Shown here in pieces: positions 13,650-25,837 of a DNA stretch of 64,000 bases; position 1 is the first letter of the stretch; every line of letters starts with the position of its first letter. The DNA lies in assembly GCA_030390025.1 (NCBI GenBank), contig JASTWF010000036.1, positions 3,598,001-3,662,000 of the forward strand, in the 5' to 3' direction. The notes under the pieces were generated by a model. That model was not told the origin of the DNA, made no database searches, and saw only the letters and a program-made list of their open reading frames with translations. Source of the stretch: Squalus acanthias (lineage: Eukaryota). A program made the translations under genes and the position numbers.

Positions 13650-15090
13650 GCAAAATAATAAACTTGCAGAATGGGCAAGTAATTGGCAAATGAAGTTCAA
13701 CACAGATAAATGTGAGGTATTACATTTTGGTAGGAAGAATAGGGAGGTCACTTATCACTTGGCAGGTGCAGTAGTGTAGTGGTAATGTCACTGGGCTAGT
13801 AATCCGAGCAGTCCTTAGACTATTGATCCAAAGACTGTGAGTTCAAATCCCAACCATGACAGCTGGGGAATTTAAATTCAGTTAATTAAATAAATCTGGA
13901 ATAATTACTTGCATCAGTAATAGGTGACCATAATAAACCCATCCAGGTTCACTAATTTCCTTTAGGGAAGGAAATCTGCTGTCCTTTCCCAGTCTGGCCT
14001 ATATGTGACTCTAGACCCACAGCAATGTGGTTGACTTTTAATTGCCCTCTGAAATGGCCTAGCAAGACACTCAGTTGTAACAAACCGCTACGAAAAACAA
14101 TAAAATGAATGAAACCAGACTGACCACAGGGGCATTGACCTAGACATGGCAACGGCACACCCTGCAAAGTCCTCCTCACCAACATCTGGGGACTTGTGCC
14201 AAAATTGGAAGAGTGACAGAATCATACCTTTCAGCCAATGTCCCGAACTCCCTCCCTGACAGCACTGTGGGAGTACCTTCACTGCAGCGGACCACCACCA
14301 CCTTCTCAAGGGCAATTAGGGATGGGTAATAAATGCTGGTATTGCCAGCGACACCCATATATGAATTTAAAAAAAGTCTACGTGGGATAGAGGAACAAAG
14401 GGATCTAGAAACACAAATCACTAAAAGTTGCGACACAGGTTAGCAAGGCCATAAAAAAGGCAAATCAAGTACAAGGGTTTATTTCTAGAGATAGAATTGG
14501 AAAGTTATGCTGAAACTTGGTTAAACCACACTTGGAGTACTGTGTGCAGTTCTGGTCGCCATATTATAAAAAGAATATAGAGGCACTGGAGAGGGTGCAG
14601 AGAAGATTTACAAGGATGATACCAGAAATGCGAGGTTATACCTATCAAGAAAGAACGAACAGGCTGGGTCTCTTTTCTCTTGAAAAGAGAAGGCTGAGGG
14701 GTGACCTAATAGAGGTCTTTAAAATTATGAAAGGTTTTGATAGAGTAGATACAGAGAGAATGTTTCCACTTGTGGGGAGGAGCAAAACTAGAGGCCATCA
14801 CTATAAGATAGTCACCAAGAAATCCAATAGGGAATTCAGAAGAAACTTCTTTACCCAGAGAGTGGTGAGAATGTGGAACTCGCTACCACAGGGAGTGGTT
14901 GACGCGAATAGTATAGATGCATTTAAGGGGAGGCCAGACAAGCATATGAGGGAGAAGGGAATAGAGGGTTATGCTGATAGATTTAGATGAGGAAAGACGG
15001 GAGGAGGCTCGAGTGGATCATAAACGCCGGCATGGACTGGTTGGGCCGAATGGCCTGTTTCTGTGCCGTATATCCGATGTAATCCTGTGT
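13650..15090 (+). mobile_element. CR1 3' portion interrupted by a tRNA-headed SINE (~13770-14370)
   Basis: ORF 14517-14990 is a CR1 RT C-terminus. The insert has head gtggtaatgtcactgggctagtaatcc and tail gggcaattagggatggg...gccagcgacacccat. Confidence 0.85.
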
Positions 15091-15799
15091 ATAAATGTGT
15101 TCCTTATTTAAATACAGCCAATTCTAGATCAGCAGCTGTCTGACCCAAAGACAGAGAACCAAATCATTTTGCTTTCGTGATATAGAATGCTTCATCCAGG
15201 CATTACATTAAACATTAATTGTTGTTTTTTCTCAGCTGTTCATTTCTCACTGTTAGACGACAATTTACTGAGTAATTTCACCGAAAGCCTGTGAAAATCT
15301 TTTCTCTTCTCAAACACTGGCGGATCGCCTGTTGTCATTAGTTTGGAGGATACGCTGTTTGGAAATGTGGGCTCACAGAGTCACAACAGCAAACCTGTTC
15401 CTCCCACTCGCCTCAGCAACACAGATATCTGCCCTCCCCCTACAACAGGGCTCTCTCCCCTTCCCACCCACCCCCAGTTCCTTCAACCGGGTGTTACCCC
15501 TCCCTCAGAAAGTTCTCTCGCTGCACCCACCACCACAGGGTATTGCCCTATCTCCCTTTTTCTTTGCTCCCGCCTTCCTGCATTGCTACAATTGATTGGG
15601 TCGAAAAAATTTTTTGGGTGGAACATGATTGGTGATACCATAAAAGCATGGAATAGCCAATGAGGAAGAAACACAGATGTATCTTCTTGCAGGTAGCAAT
15701 GAGCGGCGTGCTCGTCTGTTGGGTGGGAGGAGGAGTCCAGCAAGAACTAAGCAGGGTCCACTGGGATTGCAAGACCGGTCATTGAAGAACAGCCACTGT

Positions 15800-16110
15800 T
15801 ATACTGTAGGAAATGCGCACAGCAAGCTCTCACAGACAGCAACATGATAATGACCAGATCATCCGATTTTTGGTGATGTTGGTTGAGGCATAAGTATTGG
15901 CCCAGGACACCGGGGATAATTCCCCTGCTCTTCTTCACAACTGAAAGAGCAGATATCTCACCCAAAAGATGGCACCTCTGACAGTGCAGCACTCCCTCAA
16001 TACTGCCCTGGGAGCGTCAGCCTAGATTTTGCACTCAAGTCTCTGGCGTTGGATTCAAACCCATGACCTTCTAACTCACAAACAGGAGTGTTAACCACTG
16101 AGCTAAAGCT
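15800..16110 (-). mobile_element. Deu-domain SINE, partial
   Basis: Homologous to the copies at 11485-11948 and 45858-46305. Confidence 0.75.
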
Positions 16111-16511
16111 GGAAGATACTTCCACACTGTTGTTATGAGCTGGTTGACCAGAATCCACTTGAACTTATTCCAGAGATGACACCATCCACAGTACCTTTGC
16201 TTCTCTCACACACAGTTTGTCTGCGTGGAAAAGAGACGGACACACATGGAAGCTTTGATCCCTGGTTTTTCGTCAGTAGCTGGGGCACTTCAATCGGCCT
16301 CAGTGTTCCTGGGCTTGGGCGAGCAAAACCCAGCCAGGATACCTGTCCGAATCATTATCCAGCCATCCTTGCTAGGAAGTGAGATTTTGTGGGCATCGGG
16401 CTAGCAAAGTATCAGGCTTGGCTGTGATGCCCTCCAAGAGTGAATAAGGTGCTGAGGTCACAACTGAAAAATGCTCACTTAGGAAAAGGACTGGAGGCCA
16501 GTCCAGCATGC

Positions 16512-17402
16512 ACCAACCCTCCGGCACGGAACCGTACCCAACCCTCCGGCATAGAACCGTACCCACACCTCCGGCACAGAACCGTACCCACACCTCCGGC
16601 ACGGAACCGTACCCAACCCTCCGGCATGGAACCGTACCCACACCTCCGGCATGGAACCGTACCCACACCTCCGGCATAGAACCGTACCCACACCTCCGGC
16701 ATAGAACCATACCCACACCTCCGGCACGGAACCGTACCCAACCCTCCGGCATGGAACCGTACCCACACCTCCGGCATGGAACCGTACCCACACCTCCGGC
16801 ATAGAACGGTACCCACACCTCCGGCACGGAACCCTACCCACACCTCCGGCACGGAACCGTACCCACACCTCCGGCATGGAACCGTACCCACACCTCCGGC
16901 ACGGAACCCTACCCACACCTCCGGCACGGAACCGCACCCACACCTCCGGCACGGAACCCTACCCACACCTCCGGCACGGAACCCTACCCACACCTCCGGC
17001 ATGGAACCGTACCCACACCTCCGGCACGGAACCCTACCCACACCTCCGGCACGGAACCGTACCCACACCTCCGGCATAGAACCGTACCCACACCTCCGGC
17101 ATGGAACCCTACCCACACCTCCGGCACGGAACCGTACCCACACCTCCAGCATGGAACCCTACCCACACCTCCGGCATAGAACCGTACCCACACCTCCGGC
17201 ATGGAACCCTACCCACACCTCCGGCATAGAACCGTACCCACACCTCCGGCATAGAACCCTACCCACACCTCCGGCATGGAACCCTACCCACACCTCCGGC
17301 ATGGAACCCTACCCACACCTCCGGCATGGAACCCTACCCACACCTCCGGCATGGAACCCTACCCACACCTCCGGCATGGAACCCTACCCACACCTCCGGC
17401 AT
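16512..17402 (+). repeat. 25-bp minisatellite, unit ccggcacggaaccgtacccacacct, inside a second SINE family ('SINE-B')
   Basis: Tandem units read directly. SINE-B body lies upstream at ~16255-16510. Confidence 0.93.
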
Positions 17403-17800
17403 GGAACTGTACCCCAGTGTGTGACAGACCCGAACATGGAACTGTACCCCAGTGTGTGACAGACCCGAACATGGAACTGTACCCCAGTGTGTGATAGACC
17501 CTAACATGGAACTGTACCCCAGTGTGTGACAGACCCTAACATGGAACTGTACCCCAGTGTGTGATAGTTCCTAACATGGAACTGTACCCCAGTGTGGGAC
17601 AGACCCTAACATGGAACTGTACCCCAGTGTGTGATAGATCCTAACATGGAACTGTACCCCAGTGTGGGACAGACCCTAACATGGAACTGTACCCCAGTGT
17701 GGGACAGACCCTAACATGGAACTGTACCCCAGTGTGGGACAGACCCTAACATGGAACTATACCCCAGTGTGGGATAGACCCTAACATGGACCTGTACCCC
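17400..17800 (+). repeat. 35-bp minisatellite (~11 copies), unit atggaactgtaccccagtgtgtgacagaccctaac
   Basis: Directly abuts the 25-mer array. The SINE-B tail (gtaccccaacaagaatc...ttcaggag) resumes at ~17795. Confidence 0.93.
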
Positions 17801-18080
17801 AACAAGAATCATTCAATTGTGTTCAGGAGTGGGAGCCATGAACTCTAGCTCAGGGGCCTGGAAGCCAGTTGTAGCTCTCCAACATTTGCATCAGCTGAGA
17901 TGACAGAACAAGAATTAAACTTGGGACCTCCTTGCTCTGGACAGCTCAATATCACACTGAGAGGTGCACTGAGCCAGAACATGAGTGTAGTTGAACTATA
18001 TATGAAGCAGGAAGCGGTTAACACTGTCGTATATGCAGTTCTTCAACACCAACTGACCACAGAGAACAGCTTAAATAGAC

Positions 18081-18206
18081 GTGATGTGGAGATGCCGGTG
18101 TTGGACTGAGGTGGACAAAAATGAGAAGTCGCACAACACCAGGTTATAGTCCAACAGTTTTATTTAAAATTACGAGCTTTCGTAGCTCCGCTCCTTCTTC
18201 AGGTAC
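18081..18206 (-). mobile_element. Penelope-like element terminal remnant
   Basis: Reverse-complement homolog of 63885-64000, which follows the GIY-YIG ORF. Confidence 0.8.
18171..18205 (-). ncRNA. Minimal type I hammerhead ribozyme motif
   Basis: Minus strand reads tac-CTGAAGA-A-GGAGC-gga-GCTAC-GAA-AGCT-C-gta: intact core, palindromic helix III (AGCT), one mismatch in helix II. Confidence 0.65.
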
Positions 18207-18394
18207 AGGTACAGCTTGAATAGAGATTGGGCAATTATCGAGTTAATGAAGAAGCCCAAGATATATTGACGCAAAAAAAACCGACAGAGGAAGAAGTTAA
18301 AACATGACTGTGGCCTCACAGAATGCAAAAGTGCAACATTTCCATTCTACAAATCATGAACTTTGAACTAGAACCGATGAGAAAGAAAAGAAAA

Positions 18395-18848
18395 AAAAGA
18401 AAGACTTACATTTCTACAGCGCTTTTCACACCCTCAGGAGGTACCAAAACCCTTCACAGCCAATGAAGTACTTTAGAAGTGTGGTCACTGTTGTAATGTG
18501 GGAAACGCAGCAGCCAATTTGCGCACAGCAAGCTCCCACTAACAGCAATGTGATAATGACCAGATCATCTGTTTTAGTGATGTTGGTTGAGGGATAAATA
18601 TTGGCCAGAACACTGAGGAGAACTCCCCTGCTCTTCTTCAAAATAGTGCCTTAGGATCTTTTATGTCCACCTGAGAGAGCAGACATGGCCTCGCTTTATT
18701 GTCTTATCCGAAAGACAGCACGTTCCTCAGTATTGCACAGGGGAATGCCAGTCTTGGTTTTGTGGTCAAGTCTCTGGAGTGGGACTTTGAACCCACAACC
18801 TTCTGACTCAGAGGTAAGTAGTGCTACCCACTGAGCCACAGCTGACAC
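18395..18848 (-). mobile_element. Deu-domain SINE, full length
   Basis: Head gtcagctgtggctcagtgggtagcac through to the A-rich tail. Confidence 0.85.
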
Positions 18849-18849
18849 C

Positions 18850-20395
18850 TAGGGTCTGTCGCACACTGGGGTACAGTTCCATGTTAGGGTCTGTCGCACA
18901 CTGGGGTACAGTTCCATGTTAGGGTCTGTCGCACACTGGGGTATAGTTCCATGTTAGGGTCTGTCCCACACTGGGGTGCAGTTCCATGTTAGGGTCTGTC
19001 GCACACTGGGGTGCAGTTCCATGTTAGGGTCTGTCCCACACTGGGGTACAGTTCCATGTTAGGGTCTGTCGCACACTGGGGTGCAGTTCCATGTTAGGGT
19101 CTGTCGCACACTGGGGTACAGTTCCATGTTAGGGTCTGTCACACACTGGGGTACAGTTCCATGTTAGGGTCTATCGCACACTGGGGTATAGTTCCATGTT
19201 AGGGTCTGTCGCACACTGGGGTACAGTTCCATGTTAGGGTCTGTCGCACACTGGGGTACAGTTCCATGTTAGGGTCTGTCGCACACTGGGGTACAGTTCC
19301 ATGTTAGGATCTGTCACACACTGGGGTACAGTTCCATGTTAGGGTCTGTCGCACACTGGGGTACAGTTCCATGTTAGGGTCTGTCGCACACTGGGGTGCA
19401 GTTCCATGTTAGGGTCTGTCGCACACTGGGGTATAGTTCCATGTTAGGATCTATCACACACTGGGGTACAGTTCCATGTTAGGGTCTGTCCCACACTGGG
19501 GTGCAGTTCCATGTTAGGGTCTGTCCCACACTGGGGTACAGTTCCATGTTAGGGTCTGTCGCACACTGGGGTATAGTTCCATGTTAGGGTCTGTCGCACA
19601 CTGGGGTACAGTCCCATGTTCGGGTCTGTCCCACACTGGGGTACAGTCCCATGTTCGGGTCTGTCCCACACTGGGGTACAGTCCCATGTTAGGGTCTGTC
19701 CCACACTGGGGTACAGTCCCATGTTAGGGTCTGTCCCACACTGGGGTACAGTCCCATGTTCGGGTCTGTCCCACACTGGGGTACAGTCCCATGTTAGGGT
19801 CTGTCCCACACTGGGGTACAGTCCCATGTTAGGGTCTGTCCCACACTGGGGTACAGTCCCATGTTAGGGTCTGTCCCACACTGGGGTACAGTCCCATGTT
19901 CGGGTCTGTCCCACACTGGGGTACAGTCCCATGTTAGGGTCTGTCCCACACTGGGGTACAGTCCCATGTTAGGGTCTGTCCCACACTGGGGTACAGTCCC
20001 ATGTTCGGGTCTGTCCCACACTGGGGTACAGTCCCATGTTCGGGTCTGTCCCACACTGGGGTACAGTCCCATGTTAGGGTCTGTCCCACACTGGGGTACA
20101 GTCCCATGTTAGGGTCTGTCCCACACTGGGGTACAGTCCCATGTTAGGGTCTGTCCCACACTGGGGTACAGTCCCATGTTAGGGTCTGTCCCACACTGGG
20201 GTACAGTCCCATGTTAGGGTCTGTCCCACACTGGGGTACAGTCCCATGTTAGGGTCTGTCCCACACTGGGGTACAGTCCCATGTTAGGGTCTGTCGCACA
20301 CTGGGGTACAGTCCCATGTTAGGGTCTGTCCCACACTGGGGTATAGTTCCATGTTAGGGTCTGTCCCACACTGGGGTACAGTTCCATGTTAGGGT
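18850..20395 (-). repeat. 35-bp minisatellite (~44 copies), inverted relative to 17400-17800
   Basis: Unit tagggtctgtcgcacactggggtacagttccatgt is the reverse complement of the 17.4-kb unit. Confidence 0.95.
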
Positions 20396-20854
20396 ATGGT
20401 TCCATGAGGTCGTCCATTCTTAGCTGATCTATCCATAAAAACCCTACAGGTCCCCCATCCCAGTGTGGGGCCTCCTTCTGCTGGGCCTAATGAGGGTGTA
20501 ATGGCGAGACAAAGCACCCATTCAATCCTTCAAGTCGATTGTCTATGGCTCCTGTTTACCCCTGTTTGGAGGAACATAAAACGATATTTTGAGGAACTAA
20601 TTGGTGTAATGACCAAAAGGAAACCCATGTTCAGTCTGTTCTCTCTTAGCTCACACCTCTGTGTAAGCTCAGACATGATGTGTGAAGCAGAACTAACAAG
20701 AATATGGCACCAACCTTGCCCCCATCCCCCTCACCCCTATCGTAGTAGATAAATGCACCAGCCAGTGTGGAACTGAACCACACAACCCAGGAAGGTGCCA
20801 GGTTCAATCCTGTGCTGAATTAGCTGATCCTGGGAAGGGCAGCGATGATGGTGA

Positions 20855-21580
20855 ACATAGAAACATAGAAGATAGGAGCAGGAGTAGGCCATTCGGCCCC
20901 TTAATGAGATCATGGCTGATCATCCAAATTCAGTACCCTGTCCCTGCTTTCTCCCCATATCCCTTGATCCCCTTAGCCTTAAGAAATATATCTAACTCCT
21001 TCTTGAATATATTTAATGAATTGGACTCAACTGCCTTCTGTGGTACAGAATTCCACAGGTTCACCACTCTCTGGGTGAAGAAATTCCTCCTCATCTCAGT
21101 CCTAAATGGCTTACCCCTTATCCTTAGACTGTGACCCCTGGTTCTGGACTCCCCCGCCATCAGGAACAGCCTTCCTGCATCTAATCTGTCTAGTCCTGTT
21201 AGAATTTTATAAGTTTCAATGAGATCCCCTCTCATTCTTCTAAACTCTAGCAAATATAAGCCTAATCGACCCAATCTCTCTTCATATGTCATTCCTGCCA
21301 TCCCAGGTATCAGTCTGGTGAATCTTCGCTGCACTCCCTCCATGGCAAGAACATCCTTCCTCAGATAAGGCGACCAAAACTGCACACAATACTCAAGGTG
21401 TGGCCTCACCAAGGCCCTGTACAACTGCAGCAAGATATCCTTGCTCCTGTACTCGAATCCTCTGGCTATGAAGGCCAACATACCATTTGCCTTCTTAACC
21501 GCCTGCTGCACCTGCATGCTTACCTTCAGCGACTGGTGCACAAGGACACCCAGGTCTCGTTGCACTTCCCCTTTTCCCAA
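20855..21580 (-). mobile_element. CR1 3' fragment
   Basis: The C-terminal part of ORF 20930-21853 (QRDLGV..RPHLEYCVQFWSP..NFFTQRVV) is CR1; tail at ~20855. Confidence 0.9.
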
Positions 21581-22005
21581 TCTATGGAGATGACCTGGAG
21601 CTAAAGATGGCTGCTTGCGCTGTTTCACCGGGGGTGGGGGTGGTCTCTGCCAATCTTCCACCGGAGATACGGCGGGGAATCGGGAGAGCCCACCGGCAGA
21701 AATTCTCCCCCACTCTCCGTGGAGTCTCACACTCAAAGAACGGCTATTTGGGTGAGGGATCAGATGGCAGCTGTGGAACCGAACCTCAGCTTTAGGATAG
21801 CTGAGGAGAAATTGGGAAGAAAATATTAAAACAAAAACAATATTTTCTTCCACTTTCTTCTTTCCTGAGTCTCCCTGCGTTACTCACTGCCTTCGGACAA
21901 GAGGGACAGCCTGCTCCCGGGCTTTGGCCAGTGATGCTCTGAAATCAGCCACTGGAAGGTGCATCAGAGTGGCTCCTTTGCCTCTCTCCAGTGGGAAGAA
22001 AGGAA

Positions 22006-23400
22006 CAGGAAGAGGCCATTCGGCTCCTCGGGCCTGTTCCACCATTCAATTCGATCATGGCTGATCTGTATCTTAACTAGATTTGGTTCCATAACCCTTA
22101 ATACTCGTGCCTAACAAAAATCTATGGGGGAGAAATTCGGGATAGCCCCGTTTGGGGCGCTAAGACTTTAAAAGTTGAAAAATTAGCACCAGGCGCTAAT
22201 CATTCTCCTTTCCCGCGAAATTCAGTTTTAGCGCTCCAAGAGGGAAGTGGAGTGCTAAATCAAGCGCTAACCACTTCTCTTAGGGCGCTAAAGTCCGAGA
22301 GCGGGGCGTTAGCGGCAGAGCGCTGAACAATTTTGAGCGCATTGTAAACGGCACTCTTTCATCACAGAAGCTGCTTCCCTCGCTTAAAGGGAGGGGCCAT
22401 TGATGCTGCAGAAGCTAGTTGTCGTTGGTTCTGTTTTGCAAGGCGACCTGGGCAACTGCCATTACAGCCTCAAACACTCTCTCAAAGTGGAGGGCTTGGA
22501 CATCTCGCACCAATGAAACATTAAAAACTTTGCGGCGGCACCAGACTGGTGCAAATAATAAAGGTTGCGCTAGCTGAAAAGCATTCCCTTTAATTACCGC
22601 TCCCGAAGCGGCCAGCCGAGTTCACAACGCCTCCTCTTGCTGGCGTTGTCAGCGCGAGGCGATAAAGCAGGGGGCGAGAGTCAATTTTCCATCCGGGGCG
22701 ATAAGGGGGCGCTGCGCACTTTATGACGTCATGATCTGCGAGGCGCTAGAGGTTCAGGCGCTAAGAGTTAGCATCAGCGCAAAACCGGCACTGAAGTTCA
22801 CGGGCGTCGCTGCATTCGCCGTGCCCGTGCACTAACCCCTTAGTGCCCCGTTAGTGCCCCCGCCAGGCACTAACTGGAGGCGCTACCATACCGAATTTTG
22901 CAGCCCATCAATCTCAGTTTTGAAATTTTCAATTGACTCCCAGCCTCAACATCTTTTTGTGTGCGAGAGTTCCAGATTTCCACTACCCTTTGTGTGAAGA
23001 AGTGCTTCCTGATTTCACCCTGAATGGACTAGCTCTAACTTTAAGGTTATGCCCCCATGTTCTGCACTCCCCTCACCAGAGGAAATAATTTCTCTCGATC
23101 TACCCTATCAAATCCTTTAATCATCTTTAACACCTCAACTAGCTCACCCCTTAATCTTCTGTAGTCAAGGGAATACAAGCCTAATCTATGCAACCTCTCC
23201 TCATAATTTAACCCTTTTAGCCCCGGTATCATTCTGGTGAATCTGCGCTGCACCCCCTCCAAGGCCAATATATCCTTCCTGAGGTGCGGTGCCCAGAACT
23301 GAACGCAGTGTCCAGATGGGGTCTGACCAGGGCTTTATACAACTAACTTAACTTCAACCCCTTTGTAGTCCAGCCCTCTTGAGATAAACATTCCATTAGC
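22006..23400 (-). mobile_element. CR1 3' fragment interrupted by a MITE
   Basis: aaaaatctat|...|atcaatctcag joins cleanly across the MITE; ORF 23047-23268 is CR1 RT. Confidence 0.85.
22126..22906. mobile_element. Non-autonomous TIR DNA transposon (Harbinger-type MITE)
   Basis: Ends GGGGGAGAAATTCGG / CCGAATTTTGCAGCCC. GC-rich, many gcgcta motifs, no ORF; related to 55025-55980. Confidence 0.7.
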
Positions 23401-23552
23401 TTTTAACATTTTTTTTTGTACCTGTACAAATAGGGACTTGCACACCTTGTACCTGGCACCTAGCCTCACTGGTACGTCTGAGATTGTGAATCCAGTACAC
23501 TGAAGAATTGTATGTGCAAATTCATACCCTTCTAATCCATTGCACACTGGTG

Positions 23553-23840
23553 TCAACCTCTGAGTCAGAAGGTTGTGGGTTCAAGTCCCACTCCAGAGAC
23601 TTGAGCACAAAAATCTAGGCTGACACTCCCAGTGCAGTGCTGAGGGAGTGCTGCGCTGTCGGAGGTGCCGTTTTTCAGATGAGAGGTTAAACTGTGGCCC
23701 TGTCTGCCCTCTCAGGTAGATGTAAAAAGATCCCACGGCATGTTTCCTACATTAGAACTTCTTAAAAAAGTGCTTCATTGGCTGTAAAGAGCTTAAGGAC
23801 GTCCTAAGGTCGTGACAGGGGCTGTATGAATACACGTCTT
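23553..23840 (+). mobile_element. Deu-domain SINE with internal deletion
   Basis: Homologous to 45858-46305. Confidence 0.8.
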
Positions 23841-24305
23841 TCTCTATTGGGGTACTGCTGCCCTCATTCACGATCTTAAAATCTTGGACTATCTCCCCAT
23901 TATTTAGAAGTATAGAGGGAAGTTTAAACTGCTTCTCATCTATGCAAAAGCTGACCTGGGAGTTCTTGGCACTGACATCAGATAATGCTGAAAATCGACA
24001 CAGCAAACATACCTGAAGGTTGTGAACTGAACAAATAAAAGGCCTTTGAATAAAGTTTAAATATTCGATTGAAACTGAAGGCCGATTTAGGCCCAAGTTG
24101 TACAGGACAACCCCTTTATAGTTCCACACCCATATGGACATCACTGAGGCCAAAGTCACAATCCCATATCTGTCTACTCTACAAAATTCCTGCTGTGCTG
24201 CACATCTCACACACCTATGTGAAGCATTTCACTCCCTGGTTATCTATTTCAAATTAGTATTAACTCAGTGTAAATATATGCTTGGTTTACTGCAAGATGG
24301 TGACA

Positions 24306-25218
24306 TATATTAACGATTTAGACTTTGAAATCAAAAACACAATTTCTAAATTTGCGGCTGACACCAAATTGAAAGGGGATAGTCAATACTGAGGAGGACT
24401 GCAACAAATTACAGGAGGACATTAATAAACTTGCAGAATGGGCATATAATTGGCAAATGAAGTTCAACACAGATAAATGTGAGCTATTACATTTTGGTCG
24501 GAAGAATAGAGAGGTCACTTATCATTGGAGGTGGGGTGGAGGAACAAAGGGATCTCGGTGTACAAATACACAAATCACTAAAAGTTGCGCCACAGGGTAG
24601 CAAGGACATAAAAAAAGCAAACCAAGCTAAACCTGTATCGAACCTTGGTTAGACCACACTTAGAGTACTGCGCACAGTTCTGGTCACCATATTATAAAAA
24701 GGATATAGAGGCACTGGAGAGGGTGCAGAGAAGATTTACAAGGATGATACCAGAAATGCGAGGGTATACATATCAGGAAAGGATGAACAGGCTGGGTCTC
24801 TTTTCTCTTGAAAAAAGAAGGCTGAGGGGTGACCGAATAGAGGTCTTTAAAATTATGAAAGGTTTTGATAGAGTGGATACAGAGAGAATGTTTCCACTTG
24901 TGGGGAAGAGCATAACTAGAGGCCATCAATATAAGATTATAAGATAGTCACCAAGAAATCCAATAGGGAATTCAGGAGAAACTTCTTGACCCAGAGAGTG
25001 GTGAGAATGTGGAACTCGCTACCACAGGGAGTGGTTGAGGCGAATAGTATAGATGCATTTAAGGGGAGGCTAGACAAGCATATGAGGGAGAAGGGAATAG
25101 AGGGTTATGTGGATAGATTTAGATGAGGAAAGACGGGAGGAGGCTCGACTGGAGCATGGACTGGTTGGGCCGAATGGCCTGTTTCTGTGCCGTATATCCG
25201 ATGTATGTAATCCTATGT
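24306..25218 (+). mobile_element. CR1 3' fragment (same family as 1833-3610)
   Basis: ORF 24645-24947 and the shared 3' UTR. Confidence 0.9.
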
Positions 25219-25431
25219 ATTGATTTCGCGCTCTTACCTCCTGGAAACCGAGGCCGCCAGTGTGGTCAGTTGAAGTTACCATGCTGGCACCCTGATCTCC
25301 AGGTATGTGCGGTATTCAAAAGATTCTACAATCCGTCATGGTGTAAACTCTTCACACTGGTATCCGGGGAGAGTCTGCTGGAGTCTCCGGGGATCGGTAT
25401 GCATCACAACCTTTGTTTTTGCTTTTTGTAT

Positions 25432-25522
25432 TTTGGGGACATCGCAGGCGTCAGCAATGGGCTAGCCTTGTCCTGGGCGACCACCTTCTTGATCATGGTC
25501 TCTCCCCTGCCAGGTTAAGTAT
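25432..25522 (-). pseudogene. Truncated U1 snRNA retropseudogene
   Basis: Minus strand ATACTTAACCTGGCAGGGGAGAGACCATGATCAAGAAGGTGGTCGCCCAGGACAAGGCTAGCCCATTGC^TGACGCCTGCGATGTCCCCAAA aligns with the 5' ~105 nt of U1. No Sm site; an A-rich tail follows. Confidence 0.9.
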
Positions 25523-25837
25523 TAACATCCTTTCTTACTCTTATTTTATCTCTGTTACGATGGTCATTGCTTCTGAAGCATTCCTCTCTCTCTCCTGCTA
25601 AGTTCACACACCATCCGCACGTGGCCCTACATCCTCCCTGCGATCTCTCTCTCTCTGCGTTGAAGTTAAGACTCCACACTCCTGCTCAAACTCATTCTTT
25701 CCCAGGACCTCAAAACAATGGACCTCCTCATCTCCCTCAGTCTCCCCTTCCTCCTACAATCAATAGGGTTTGAAAACCCTAGCTTGGTGGCACCTACCAC
25801 TTACTTCCTCACGTACTTTGCCTTCTCTTCCCTAAAA

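Noticed and set aside
16372..20395. CRISPR-like or Cys/His-repeat protein interpretation of the arrays
   Set aside because: Head-to-tail units without unique spacers, no cas genes, vertebrate context. The ORFs merely cycle through the frames of a 25-bp or 35-bp unit.
20930..21853. 307-aa ORF as a host-RT fusion protein
   Set aside because: A 5'-truncated CR1 in frame with upstream SINE-like or unique DNA. There is no ATG start and no RT catalytic core.
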